Assembly (NCBI GenBank): GCA_019358915.1
Contig: JAHHIM010000003.1
Coordinates: 5,007 to 29,006 of the forward strand
Source: Trichormus sp. ATA11-4-KO1
Lineage (GTDB): Bacteria; Cyanobacteriota; Cyanobacteriia; Cyanobacteriales; Nostocaceae
Direction: 5' to 3'
DNA: 24,000 nt
The notes beneath the pieces were generated by a model. The model worked only from the letters and a program-made list of their open reading frames with translations. It was not told where the DNA came from and ran no database searches. Made by a program: the position numbers and the translations under genes. How positions within the stretch are numbered: the first letter of the stretch is position 1; the number at the start of each line of letters is the position of its first letter. This document shows positions 1 through 9,005 of this stretch, piece after piece.

Positions 1-338
1 CGTTCTGCATCGGCTGAACCTTTTTCGCCTCCCACAGTAGAGAACCGCAAAAGCACCGGAGTTTGCTTGCCAATCTCGGAAAACACTTTGGCTTGACTAT
101 AACGAGTAATATCGTGAGTGACTGTGAACGTGCCAAATGCAGCAGCTCCTTTTGCATGGACAACGCGTTCAGGAATCCGTTCCCGGTTAAAGTGAGCTAG
201 CTTCTCCATCAGGTGAAAATCCTGCATTAGCACAGGGCCACGAGCACCTGCTGTTAAAGAGTTCTGGTTATCCGCAACCGGAATCCCATCAGCCGTTGTC
301 AATGTTTTGGGGTCTGCCATATTAGATGATTTCTCCAT
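1..338 (-). CDS. Catalase (haem catalase), N-terminal part, truncated by window edge; start at 338 ([12 protein letters not shown]...) or 320 (MADPKT...)
   Basis: Manual reverse-strand translation: [106 protein letters not shown]. This is the classic clade-type catalase N-terminus ([29 protein letters not shown]). Not in the supplied ORF track. Confidence 0.95.
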   Translation of the reverse strand, partial: MEKSSNMADPKTLTTADGIPVADNQNSLTAGARGPVLMQDFHLMEKLAHFNRERIPERVVHAKGAAAFGTFTVTHDITRYSQAKVFSEIGKQTPVLLRFSTVGGEKGSADAE

Positions 339-615
339 CAGTTTACTGAGATGTTGCAATGGTTGCAATGTCTGTTTAGCAACTCATCAACAACGGATTT
401 ATTCATAGTCGTTATGAGTTTGCTCTAATAGCGTAGTCGAAATGACTTTGACATGGTAACCCCTGACAGAGATATTGCAATAAATTGTAATATTTAATTC
501 ATTCCTGAAAAGGAACTAGCGGTATCCGTAATTTTCAAGGAGCGTTAAAAAAGATACTATGCTAGCTTATATCTTGCACTCCTGCACTGGAAGTCACGGC
601 TACACAGGAAAGGCC

Positions 616-663
616 GCCTACCACGTAGTGTGCCGTAGGCATAAGCTACGCTAACGCGTTCGC
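616..663. repeat. Degenerate GC-rich palindromic interspersed repeat of Nostoc type (GCCTACCACGTAGTGTGCCGTAGGCATAAGCTACGCTAACGCGTTCGC)
   Basis: GC-rich island in AT-rich intergenic DNA; contains GCCTAC...GTAGGC inverted repeat and the TGCCGTAGGCATAAGCTACGCTAACGCG motif style common in Nostocales intergenic regions. Confidence 0.5.
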
Positions 664-1021
664 TCTTTTCTAATCACTCAAATAAAATTTATTTTCTCTA
701 GGTCACTGAATTTTTCTTTACTAAAATTGTGTTAATTTTAACTTTAAAAATGCTTATCTTAGCAGCAAAGTATCTTTAATAATAAATTTTAGTCGTAATT
801 ATACTTAAAAATGACTAGTTTGGTAGCTTTAAGTTTACCAAAAAAATAAAACTTTACGTTTGATAAGGATCAATATGTTACCAGGCGAACTTTCTTAAGT
901 AAGTAATGACGAATGTATATAAAGCAGTTAGAGTTTACAAACAAAGAGATTCGATATAGGTAAAAAGCTGAAGTTAAAAGACACCAGCTTTTCACATAGA
1001 GTTAGAGTTCAGTAATCCACT

Positions 1022-1057
1022 CAAAAAAGCCGTAGTAGTCCAGCTACGGTTTTTTTT
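1022..1057 (+). terminator. Rho-independent terminator-like hairpin (CCGTAG-TAGTCCAG-CTACGG followed by T8)
   Basis: AAAAAAGCCGTAG / CTACGGTTTTTTTT arms (one G:U), 8-nt loop, T-run directly after the stem. Confidence 0.75.
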
Positions 1058-1331
1058 GTGAGAAATTTTCCATAATTTAGGGAATAATAAATTTATAAAT
1101 CATGATTGATGTCCTTTCCTCCAGGCTTGATCAACAGGCTCTGGAGTTTTTTTATGAGTAAATATAAAAAATGGTAATTGTAGCTTGAAAATAGGTTTTT
1201 CTAAATATAATTACATACTACTAGGATACGGCTAAGTATCGCTAATCAAGAAGATTTTAGTGATTTCACCGCGCCAAAAATTACCTTTATCCGAATAAGA
1301 ATAGTATATAGTTTCTCATTTTTTAATCGTT

Positions 1332-1724
1332 ATGTTCTTAAAAATAATTGGTGGGTTAATAACTGTGATAACACTGGCATTTAGTAGTACAGCGATCGCT
1401 GAAACAATTGGCAACAATGCTTTCTTTCATATTCAAGTAGGTTCTGATAGTAATGGCAATCCGATTCTACTTGATTTGTCATCTGTTAAAGGAACCGAAT
1501 ATATCATTTCTCAGAAGCATGGTGATGGTATGGCAAAAACTACTCTTAAGGCTGCTTGTAGTCAAGGTAGGTTATTTTCTAAAAGATTTTCTCTTTATAC
1601 TTCAACAGGTCAGTTAACCAGTGATGATAAAACTGAGCGAGAAATTTTTCCTCAACTGGGAACTGCTGACGCTACATCTATGGAAATTGTTTGCCGCGCA
1701 GCAGACACTCGTGGTAGTCAGTGA
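1332..1724 (+). CDS. Small exported protein of unknown function (possibly surface-adhesin-E-like)
   Basis: 130 aa ORF with N-terminal signal peptide (MFLKIIGGLITVITLAFSSTAIAE), two Cys in the mature part, followed by a strong terminator. Confidence 0.8.
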   Translation: MFLKIIGGLITVITLAFSSTAIAETIGNNAFFHIQVGSDSNGNPILLDLSSVKGTEYIISQKHGDGMAKTTLKAACSQGRLFSKRFSLYTSTGQLTSDDKTEREIFPQLGTADATSMEIVCRAADTRGSQ

Positions 1725-1757
1725 TATGTGCACTTGTAAAAACGCTTCATTGTGAAC

Positions 1758-1790
1758 AACCCCTAGTTTCGCGCAGCGAAACTAGGGGTT
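1758..1790. terminator. Strong hairpin between convergent genes, probable bidirectional terminator
   Basis: Perfect 15-bp inverted repeat AACCCCTAGTTTCGC-GCA-GCGAAACTAGGGGTT between the 1332..1724(+) and 1868..3307(-) genes. Confidence 0.8.
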
Positions 1791-1867
1791 TCTGTACTTA
1801 CAGGCGAGTACCGCAACTTAAACCTTTGTCCGAGTTTTGGTCTTACCTCCCCTCCTACAGCACAGTC

Positions 1868-3307
1868 CTACTTTTCCTGACGTGCTTTTAGTTTCAGCAT
1901 AATTTCTGCGTGCATTTCGCGAGTAATTGGGTAAAAATATGTGAGAAATAAGCCACAAATTAAGAAAAATGTCGGGAGAGGGCCAACAGCGAGACGAATG
2001 GCTAATAGCGCCGATTCTGGTTGAATGGGTGTAGGTTGTCCTGGTACAGTTGCTTGGAAACCTGCTGCTTGTAAGGCATTGCCCACTAAAAATAACCCCA
2101 AAGCTAAACCAATTTTTTGCAGTAAAACCATGAAGCCGTAAAAAATTCCTTCTCGGCGTTGTCCGGTTTGCAGTTCATCTAATTCAATCACGTCTGGAAT
2201 CAGCGACCAAGGAACTAGATAAGCAGTGGACACGCCAAAACCTGCCATGACAGCCATCAGATACATGACACCTATTTGACCAGGTTGTAAGAAAAATAGA
2301 CCCCCGGCTGCCATAATCCATAAACTCATTCCCAAAAAATAAACCAGTCTTTTACCAATTTTTTTGCTCAAAGCACTCCAAACAAATAGCATCAACAAGG
2401 CGGTGCCTTGAACTGCAATCATGACAGATGGTACATCTGAGTCACGCAGGCGCATATAGTTAACTACAAAATAGGGAATAATGCTGGCTGTTACCTGCAC
2501 CCCTAACCAAGAAAAAAGATATATACCAATAACAAATAGAAAAGGCCGATTACTGAAAACGATTTTTAGTTGCTCAAAGAAAGGAATAGATGGAGGTTCC
2601 TCGGCTTGGGTGCGTTTTGCTTCAAAAGCCAACACGCGATCGCGGACTCCAAATATGCACGTATACAATGCCAAAACCGAAATTATTGCACAAATTGCCG
2701 CTAAAACTAGATATTGTTGCTGGCGATCGCCGATGATAGAAAAAATAATTTGTGCCAAAATCAGCGATAAAATGCTGCCACCAATAGAAAAAGCAAAGCG
2801 AAAGCTATTTAGGGTAGTGCGTTCGTCGTAATCTTGAGTGAGTTCTGGTGTCATTGCCGTATAAGGCAAACTGACAACGGTGTAAAACACCTGAGACAAT
2901 AACCCAATCACTACGTAATACCAAAACAATGGCCAAACATTACTACTCTGATCACTACTGAATTGCGGTACAATCCACTGCAAGAAAAAGATAATACCAA
3001 AGGGAATTGCCCCATAAAACATCCAAGGCAAACGACGTCCCCAGCGACGAGATTTCGTTCTATCTGATAACACCCCGATAATTGGATCGTTGATGGCATC
3101 CCAGATTTTACCAATCATTAAAACACTGCCGGCTAAACCCGCCGGAATCCCAGCAACATTAGTAAAGAAAACTAGCAGAAAAAAAATCGAAATATTGGCA
3201 GTAATCGCTGGGCCTAAATCTCCTGCACCATAAGCCAGCTTGGTTTTAAAATCCAGTTTTTGACTGTCAGGAGTATTTTGGGCAAAGTCATCAGCAGAAT
3301 CGGTCAT
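1868..3307 (-). CDS. GPH-family (MelB-like) sugar:cation symporter, MFS superfamily
   Basis: 479 aa; KLAYGAGDLGPAITANI, GIPAGLAGSVLMIGKIWDAINDPIIGVLSDRT(K)SRRWGRRLPWMFYG, typical GPH N-terminal motifs; multiple TM segments. Confidence 0.9.
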   Translation of the reverse strand: MTDSADDFAQNTPDSQKLDFKTKLAYGAGDLGPAITANISIFFLLVFFTNVAGIPAGLAGSVLMIGKIWDAINDPIIGVLSDRTKSRRWGRRLPWMFYGAIPFGIIFFLQWIVPQFSSDQSSNVWPLFWYYVVIGLLSQVFYTVVSLPYTAMTPELTQDYDERTTLNSFRFAFSIGGSILSLILAQIIFSIIGDRQQQYLVLAAICAIISVLALYTCIFGVRDRVLAFEAKRTQAEEPPSIPFFEQLKIVFSNRPFLFVIGIYLFSWLGVQVTASIIPYFVVNYMRLRDSDVPSVMIAVQGTALLMLFVWSALSKKIGKRLVYFLGMSLWIMAAGGLFFLQPGQIGVMYLMAVMAGFGVSTAYLVPWSLIPDVIELDELQTGQRREGIFYGFMVLLQKIGLALGLFLVGNALQAAGFQATVPGQPTPIQPESALLAIRLAVGPLPTFFLICGLFLTYFYPITREMHAEIMLKLKARQEK

Positions 3308-3378
3308 AATAGCTTGCGCTCATATTAAAATAAAAAGTTTGCAGTTGACTTCAGTATCACCTAGAAATCATATTTCTT

Positions 3379-3897
3379 ATGCCAGACCTTTACGTTTCTT
3401 GGTCGGATTATCACCAAAAAATTGAATACCTGGCTGCTCAAATTTATCAGTCAAGCTGGGAATTCAACCAGATTGTCTGTCTTGCCAGAGGGGGACTGCG
3501 AGTAGGAGATATTCTCTCCCGTATATACCAGCAGCCGTTGGCAATTTTAGCAACATCATCTTACAGTGGTCCTGGTAAGCAAGAAAGAGGCAATTTAACT
3601 TTTTCGCGCCATTTAACAATGACAACCGAAAGGTTAGGTGCGCGCATTCTGCTAGTAGATGACTTGGTAGACTCTGGAATTACACTCCAGCAAACTATAC
3701 CTTGGCTAAAACAAAACAGTAATGTTCCCATTGAAGAAATTCGCACAGCCGTACTTTGGTATAAAGCTTGTTCGGTGATAGTACCAGATTATTATGTCGA
3801 TTATCTGCCCGATAATCCTTGGATTCATCAACCTTTTGAACACTATGAGCAGATGAACCCGGCAGAATTAACTGCAAAGATAAGTCAGCCATGCTGA
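3379..3897 (+). CDS. Purine-type phosphoribosyltransferase domain protein
   Basis: 172 aa; PRPP-binding motif ILLVDDLVDSGITLQQT and N-terminal IVCLARGGLRVGDILSR. Confidence 0.88.
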   Translation: MPDLYVSWSDYHQKIEYLAAQIYQSSWEFNQIVCLARGGLRVGDILSRIYQQPLAILATSSYSGPGKQERGNLTFSRHLTMTTERLGARILLVDDLVDSGITLQQTIPWLKQNSNVPIEEIRTAVLWYKACSVIVPDYYVDYLPDNPWIHQPFEHYEQMNPAELTAKISQPC

Positions 3898-3949
3898 TAA
3901 ATTACCTAGACAAAGTTAATTTCACACTCACTACATAATAAATTCAAAA

Positions 3950-4867
3950 TCAAAATATCCACAGCCAAACTGGAAGGGTAACCAGTAGTACCACACATCC
4001 AACGGCTAAGGAGGTAACCGCGAGGTCGCGATCAAGATTAAAGGTTTCGGCTATTACTAGTGTGGCAAATGCTGGTGGCATTGCCATTTGTAACACAATC
4101 ACCTGGGCTGGTTCCCCGGTCACACCCAAAAGTGGTAGTGTGCTACCAACAACTAAAGGAACTAGCAGCATTTTGATTGCTAAGCTGATCCCTGCCTCTG
4201 GTAGTCTGTGCCAAGAATTCATCTGAGAAAGCCGCATCCCAATTAATACTAGAGATAAAGCAACGACACTCCAACCTAATTTTTCCAGGCTCAATTCTCC
4301 GAAGGTGGAAAGTTTCACCTGCCGAAATAGTAAGCCCAAGCCAAAACTCCACAGGGCAGGATTAATGAAGATGGCCTTTGTAACGTGCCAATAATTACTA
4401 GTATTACCACTGTAATGAGATGCTAATGCTACACCTAAGCCATAAGCGCCGAAGACTGACCCTAACAAGTCGTAGAATAAAGCCCAAGCAAAATATTCTT
4501 GTCCTACCATTGCCAAAGTGATGGGAAAGCCCAGATAACCTGTGTTACCCAACATTGCCGCCAAAATAAAACTACCTTGCGTTGCTTCTTGAGGAGTGGT
4601 ATTTGTGAAATAAGTTTGCCCTTTAATTCCTAACCAAGCTAAACATGCCCCTAGAAAGATGGCTAAATAGGCGATCGCCGGGGCAATCCAAATTTGACTG
4701 GACAAATCAGTTTGACGTAAAAAAGCTACAATACTTATAGGTACTCCCACCCAAAATAAAAATTGTCCTATACGTATAGGAACTGTGTCAGATAATTTAC
4801 GTCCCAGAATAAAACCTACCAGGACTAATCCTACAAGTTTGACGTATAGTTCTAGGAGGTTATCCAA
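3950..4867 (-). CDS. AEC (auxin efflux carrier)-family transporter
   Basis: 305 aa, multiple hydrophobic TM segments; LGNTGYLGFPITLAM and QMAMPPAFATLVIAETFNLD match AEC/PIN-like carrier signatures. Confidence 0.85.
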   Translation of the reverse strand: MDNLLELYVKLVGLVLVGFILGRKLSDTVPIRIGQFLFWVGVPISIVAFLRQTDLSSQIWIAPAIAYLAIFLGACLAWLGIKGQTYFTNTTPQEATQGSFILAAMLGNTGYLGFPITLAMVGQEYFAWALFYDLLGSVFGAYGLGVALASHYSGNTSNYWHVTKAIFINPALWSFGLGLLFRQVKLSTFGELSLEKLGWSVVALSLVLIGMRLSQMNSWHRLPEAGISLAIKMLLVPLVVGSTLPLLGVTGEPAQVIVLQMAMPPAFATLVIAETFNLDRDLAVTSLAVGCVVLLVTLPVWLWIF

Positions 4868-4969
4868 GATTGCGCCTAGGAATTACAGATGTAAAATAAT
4901 ACCCAAGAAGTTTATTTCTGTCCAGTCTACAATCTCAAATGAATCTTGAACATAAGCAGGAGTTGATCC

Positions 4970-5803
4970 TTGAATAAAGCCGGGTTTTCTGGACAATCGC
5001 CAAATTTATCAGGTGCCTCTAGTGAAGATATTCCAGTTGCTTTACGCGATATTCCTGATGCCACACCCAAGCTACCTTTGCGAACCCTATTTTTACTAGT
5101 TGGGGGAGTAGGGGGATTTATCCTGCTAGTTTTAATTACGGGTTTTTTGTTTTTCGTCACAGCACCTAAAAATACCGTTGATTCTTCATCTGCATCGCCA
5201 AGTTCTACAACTGCACCAAATACAGAATCTAGTAATTCTGTCAATATCCCAGAGAATAACAGCAATGCTTTATTGGGACATTTGACATACCCAGAAGCAC
5301 CAGAGTCAGAACTAGTAGCAATTACGGCAGATGGGCGGATGAGAATGCGAAAAGCAGCCGCACAAAGGTATCAGGCGATGGCACAAGCAGCGCGGAGTGC
5401 AGGTGTAATTTTAGTGCCAATTTCTGGTTTTCGTTCGGTGAAGGAGCAGGAGCAGTTATTTTTCGGTATTAGTGCTAGGCGCAATCAAACCCCAGCAGAA
5501 CGAGCGGCTGTCAGTGCGCCGCCTGGGCATAGTGAACATCACACAGGTTACGCGGTGGATATCGGAGATGGTGCAGTACCAGCAACTAATCTCCAAACTA
5601 ACTTTGAAAATACCAAAGCTTATAAGTGGCTAGAAGCAAATGCTGCCCGTTTTGGCTTTGAACTTTCTTTTCCCAAAGATAATCCCCAAGGTGTGAGTTA
5701 TGAACCTTGGCACTGGCGTTTTGTCGGCGATCGCCATAGTTTGGAGTTATTCTACAAAGCTAAAAATTTGCCCCCATCTTCTACATCCCAATCAACACCT
5801 TGA
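4970..5803 (+). CDS. Membrane-anchored D-alanyl-D-alanine carboxypeptidase, VanY / peptidase M15B family
   Basis: N-terminal TM segment; SGFRSVKEQEQLFF, PGHSEHHTGYAVDIGDG, YEPWHWRFVGD zinc/active-site motifs. Confidence 0.92.
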   Translation: MNKAGFSGQSPNLSGASSEDIPVALRDIPDATPKLPLRTLFLLVGGVGGFILLVLITGFLFFVTAPKNTVDSSSASPSSTTAPNTESSNSVNIPENNSNALLGHLTYPEAPESELVAITADGRMRMRKAAAQRYQAMAQAARSAGVILVPISGFRSVKEQEQLFFGISARRNQTPAERAAVSAPPGHSEHHTGYAVDIGDGAVPATNLQTNFENTKAYKWLEANAARFGFELSFPKDNPQGVSYEPWHWRFVGDRHSLELFYKAKNLPPSSTSQSTP

Positions 5804-5852
5804 TCATGTTGCTCTGAGTTTTCCAATACTTGGATTAAATTCTACCAAGTAA

Positions 5853-6473
5853 TTATTGACATACAGAAGAACCAAACTCAGTTGGTTGATACTGCAACTG
5901 CCTAGTTTTGGCAGCCGCGATCAAAGCAGGTAATGTGAATACATAGTCTCGCTCTCGCACCTTTGTATGGCAACCAATGCAAGAGCCTTGATTATCAGAA
6001 ACCAAAGAACCAGATGGGCTGTACCAAGCAGATTGCCATTCACCACTATGGGGATCAATGTTCCATCCATTGCGTTTCTCTCGAATGAAAATATTATTTA
6101 GCTGAGTCGGAGTTAAATTACCCTGATCACTCTGATTAGCTGAATAAGTTTCCATCACAATCACTGTATTACTGGGAACTACTTCACTTGTTGCAACCAC
6201 ATCCAAGGAATCATGGTTCACATACATTTGTCTCACAATTCGGCTGTTAGGACAGTCTACCGTAGCATAGTGCATAAACTTTTGTTGATAGTTAACTGGA
6301 AATTGCACAGGTGAAGTAATGGCTACAGCAAAATTGCCCTGAGTATATCCATTGCCTGAAAGTCGGTAAGGGAAAAAAGAAATGAGATGCGCTAGTACGA
6401 TCGCAACCGCAATTGAGCTGATAAATAATATGAGCAATAAAAACCATTTGTGCTGTTTCATTTTCCTCTTCAT
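5853..6473 (-). CDS. Exported cytochrome P460-like domain protein with c-type haem motif (start may be 6461)
   Basis: 206 aa, N-terminal TM/signal, single CIGCH haem-c motif near the C-terminus, REKRNGWNIDPHSGEWQSAWYSPSG region P460-like. Second Met (MKQHKWFLL) is directly preceded by AAGAGGA. Confidence 0.7.
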   Translation of the reverse strand: MKRKMKQHKWFLLLILFISSIAVAIVLAHLISFFPYRLSGNGYTQGNFAVAITSPVQFPVNYQQKFMHYATVDCPNSRIVRQMYVNHDSLDVVATSEVVPSNTVIVMETYSANQSDQGNLTPTQLNNIFIREKRNGWNIDPHSGEWQSAWYSPSGSLVSDNQGSCIGCHTKVRERDYVFTLPALIAAAKTRQLQYQPTEFGSSVCQ

Positions 6474-6476
6474 CCC

Positions 6477-7820
6477 CTATGGAACTAACACCATTGAATG
6501 TGCCCCCCGTGTAACTGTGATTGAGTAACGTGTCTGAACCAGTTGCGGTTGAGGGTTGAGTGGATCAGTTGCAATTCGCCAAAAATCGATAGAACTTCCT
6601 GGCATTCGGTCATCAAAATTGTCAAAACTAACTACAGCAAGATATTGGCTGGAGGCATCAAAAGCCGCAGCCTCTGGCAAAATTCCATCAAAAGCGTAGT
6701 CGGCAACATGATTTAATTGCCCCATTTGCGGATCTAATGTGAAAAAACTCAATGATGAGAACCAAGTAATGCGATCGTCATCGTAGGGCAAATAGCTCCG
6801 CTCTAAATTAGTTGTGACTACATATTTCCCATTCGGGCTAACAGCTAATCCTTCAGGACTTACTCCTGTCATAGCTCGCGAAACCAGGGCATGGCGAGGA
6901 GAACCATCCGCCTGAGTTCCTGCTTCTAAGCGAATGCTGACAACACTACCACGAGGAGCTTCAGACCACGTTCCTTCGACATCTGCTCCCCAATAAAGAT
7001 TGTTCACAATGACATGGCGACCATCTGGGGTAAATCGAGCCATGTAAGGAGCCTTCTCAATTTGCACGATATTTCCCCAAGGTTCCAGCGTCAGGTTAGC
7101 ACCTTGACGCATCACTTTAGTAAATGACACTGCCGCAGTAGTTTCATTCACAAGTGCTAGCACATCTTGAGTTGGGTGCCATTCTGCATGGATCAGCCGT
7201 TGTTCTAAAGGTAAGCTAGGCACTGAAGGATAAATGGGTTGTCCGAGTCGCCCTTCAGTGAAGGGAATCAGTGCTAAAGGAGTTGTTTTACCAGCACCTT
7301 CTGGATCAAAAGTGACTGCTACCAGAGAGCCATCTGCATTCACACTGACAGAGCCAGGGCGCTCTGCAATTTCCATATCTTGAACCAGTGTGGGTTTTGT
7401 AGGGTCTGCTAGGTCAAACACTTGAATGCGATTTCCATGCCGTAAATCAGCAAAGGTTTGTTTTTGCCAATTACCTTCGGGACGTTGTGTCAAGGTTTCA
7501 ACAACAAATGCGTAACGACCATCAGGCGTTACATCAACGACAACAGGTGGCCCTGCCACAGAATTACTGGCCTCAGTTTCATAAACTTTCAGGTCTCTTA
7601 CATGACCTCCAAGAGGAATGACGCTCAGTGCATCTCGCCCTTCAGGGGGTCCAAGTCTGCCATCTACATATGCTGATGCCAGCATATCGGCATCTGAAAC
7701 AGAGATGAAATAGCGTCCTTGAAAATCAAATGGTGCTGCACGGTCTAGCTTCTGGGCTATAACTATTCCAGGCATTGCTGTCAATGTTACCAGTCCCAGA
7801 GCAAGCAGTCGTCGATACAT
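6477..7820 (-). CDS. Exported YncE/lactonase-like beta-propeller protein
   Basis: 447 aa; signal peptide MYRRLLALGLVTLTAMPGIVIAQ; repeated blades such as VVDVTPDGRYAFVVETL, SVNADGSLVAVTFDPEG, ARFTPDGRHVIVNNLYW, AVSPNGKYVVTTNLE. Ends 3 bp before the P460-like ORF. Confidence 0.8.
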   Translation of the reverse strand: MYRRLLALGLVTLTAMPGIVIAQKLDRAAPFDFQGRYFISVSDADMLASAYVDGRLGPPEGRDALSVIPLGGHVRDLKVYETEASNSVAGPPVVVDVTPDGRYAFVVETLTQRPEGNWQKQTFADLRHGNRIQVFDLADPTKPTLVQDMEIAERPGSVSVNADGSLVAVTFDPEGAGKTTPLALIPFTEGRLGQPIYPSVPSLPLEQRLIHAEWHPTQDVLALVNETTAAVSFTKVMRQGANLTLEPWGNIVQIEKAPYMARFTPDGRHVIVNNLYWGADVEGTWSEAPRGSVVSIRLEAGTQADGSPRHALVSRAMTGVSPEGLAVSPNGKYVVTTNLERSYLPYDDDRITWFSSLSFFTLDPQMGQLNHVADYAFDGILPEAAAFDASSQYLAVVSFDNFDDRMPGSSIDFWRIATDPLNPQPQLVQTRYSITVTRGAHSMVLVP

Positions 7821-7832
7821 TATTTTCTATTA

Positions 7833-7862
7833 AGTATAGTAAAACACTCGTTTTACTATACT
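7833..7862. promoter_or_regulatory. Candidate TetR-family operator (perfect 13-bp inverted repeat, 4-bp spacer)
   Basis: AGTATAGTAAAAC-ACTC-GTTTTACTATACT immediately upstream of 6477..7820(-) and about 67 bp before tetR. Confidence 0.8.
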
Positions 7863-7910
7863 GTATCTTCGTCAACGATGGGGAGTATGATAAGGGAGGT
7901 ATAAGCAAAA

Positions 7911-7930
7911 TAAAACTATCGTTTCACTAT
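7911..7930. promoter_or_regulatory. Second, degenerate copy of the operator overlapping the tetR start codon
   Basis: TAAAAC-TATC-GTTTCACTAT, same 4-bp spacing and 9/10 match to GTTTTACTAT of the first operator's right half. Confidence 0.6.
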
Positions 7931-8555
7931 GGGGCTGGCACGTTATCGCGCGGAAATTAGTCGCCAAAAGCAAGAAGCAATTCTCAAGGCGGCTTTAGAT
8001 GCTTTTTTGGAGTTTGGGTACGATCGCACTACCATTGACTACGTGGCACAACAGGCAGAAGTTTCCACAGCTACTTTATATAAGCACTTCCCCAGCAAAG
8101 CTGATTTGTTTGGCGGCATCATGGCGCAGATATGGATGACTGATGAAATTAGTGCTGTGCCGATTAAACCCGATCTACCTCCTAGAAATGCTTTGATAAA
8201 TATTGGTCGAGAGTATGCTCAGCTATTAAATAGTCCGACAATTCAGCCACTGTTTCGCCTGATCATTGCGGAAGCCCCCCGGTTTCCAGAACTGGGAACT
8301 GAACTTTACCATCGTGGCAAAGAGCCATTTCTCAAACGTCTCAATGCTTATCTAGAAGCTCAAGTGACATCTGGTAATTTAGTCATTACAGATATTCCCA
8401 TCGCCACTCGACAGTTTCTAGGGATGATCAATGACATCATCTTTTGGCCCCGATTCTTGATCGTGGATCTGAAAATGAGTGAGAGTGAAATTGAGAATGT
8501 GATTGTCAATGCGGTAGAAACTTTTCTGGCTCGTTATTCGGCTAAAGTAGACTGA
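7929..8555 (+). CDS. TetR/AcrR-family transcriptional regulator
   Basis: 208 aa; N-terminal TetR HTH: ILKAALDAFLEFGYDRTTIDYVAQQAEVSTATLYKHFPSKADLF. Confidence 0.93.
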   Translation: MGLARYRAEISRQKQEAILKAALDAFLEFGYDRTTIDYVAQQAEVSTATLYKHFPSKADLFGGIMAQIWMTDEISAVPIKPDLPPRNALINIGREYAQLLNSPTIQPLFRLIIAEAPRFPELGTELYHRGKEPFLKRLNAYLEAQVTSGNLVITDIPIATRQFLGMINDIIFWPRFLIVDLKMSESEIENVIVNAVETFLARYSAKVD

Positions 8556-9005
8556 AATCTTGACCGCATTGGGAACTTAGACATCTTTAGATGAATTTTG
8601 CCATTAGCCTGATGTTTCTAAAGATCAGGCAGCTTTTGATGCTGGTGCAAGATATAACTCCCTCCTAAAGTAATTCTTGACGATGCTGTTCACATGCCAG
8701 ATAACTTGTTGCATTTTAATTTCATCAAAATTATCTATAATAAAATGCCTAAATAGAAATTAAACTAATAACCATTCAATTTATTTAGTTGCTGTAAACA
8801 AATACAGAACCTCTGGAAGCAGTCTGGCTAGTTCTTTATATACAACAACTTCTTCTAAATTTTATGCAATTTTATTATGAATAACAATAACATGTACTTA
8901 AAAAATACTTACACTATATTTTATGGTCTCTTGATAAAGACTCTCAATTTGCCCAAAGAGTCTGGTAATCTAGCTGTGTATTATTGTTTTATGGCGAGGC
9001 GCTAA

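Noticed and set aside
2481-2831. 116-aa plus-strand ORF inside the GPH transporter gene
   Set aside because: Antisense to a well-supported membrane transporter; no recognisable motifs.
2911-3114. 67-aa minus-strand ORF within the transporter region
   Set aside because: Overlaps the transporter reading frame on the same strand in another frame; no motifs.
4927-5265. 112-aa minus-strand ORF over the start of the VanY-like gene
   Set aside because: Shadow ORF of the clear M15B carboxypeptidase; low-complexity composition.
8880-8912. Possible NtcA-type site GTACTTAAAAAATAC upstream of exbB
   Set aside because: Spacer is 9 nt instead of the required 8 (GTAN8TAC), so not a canonical NtcA site.
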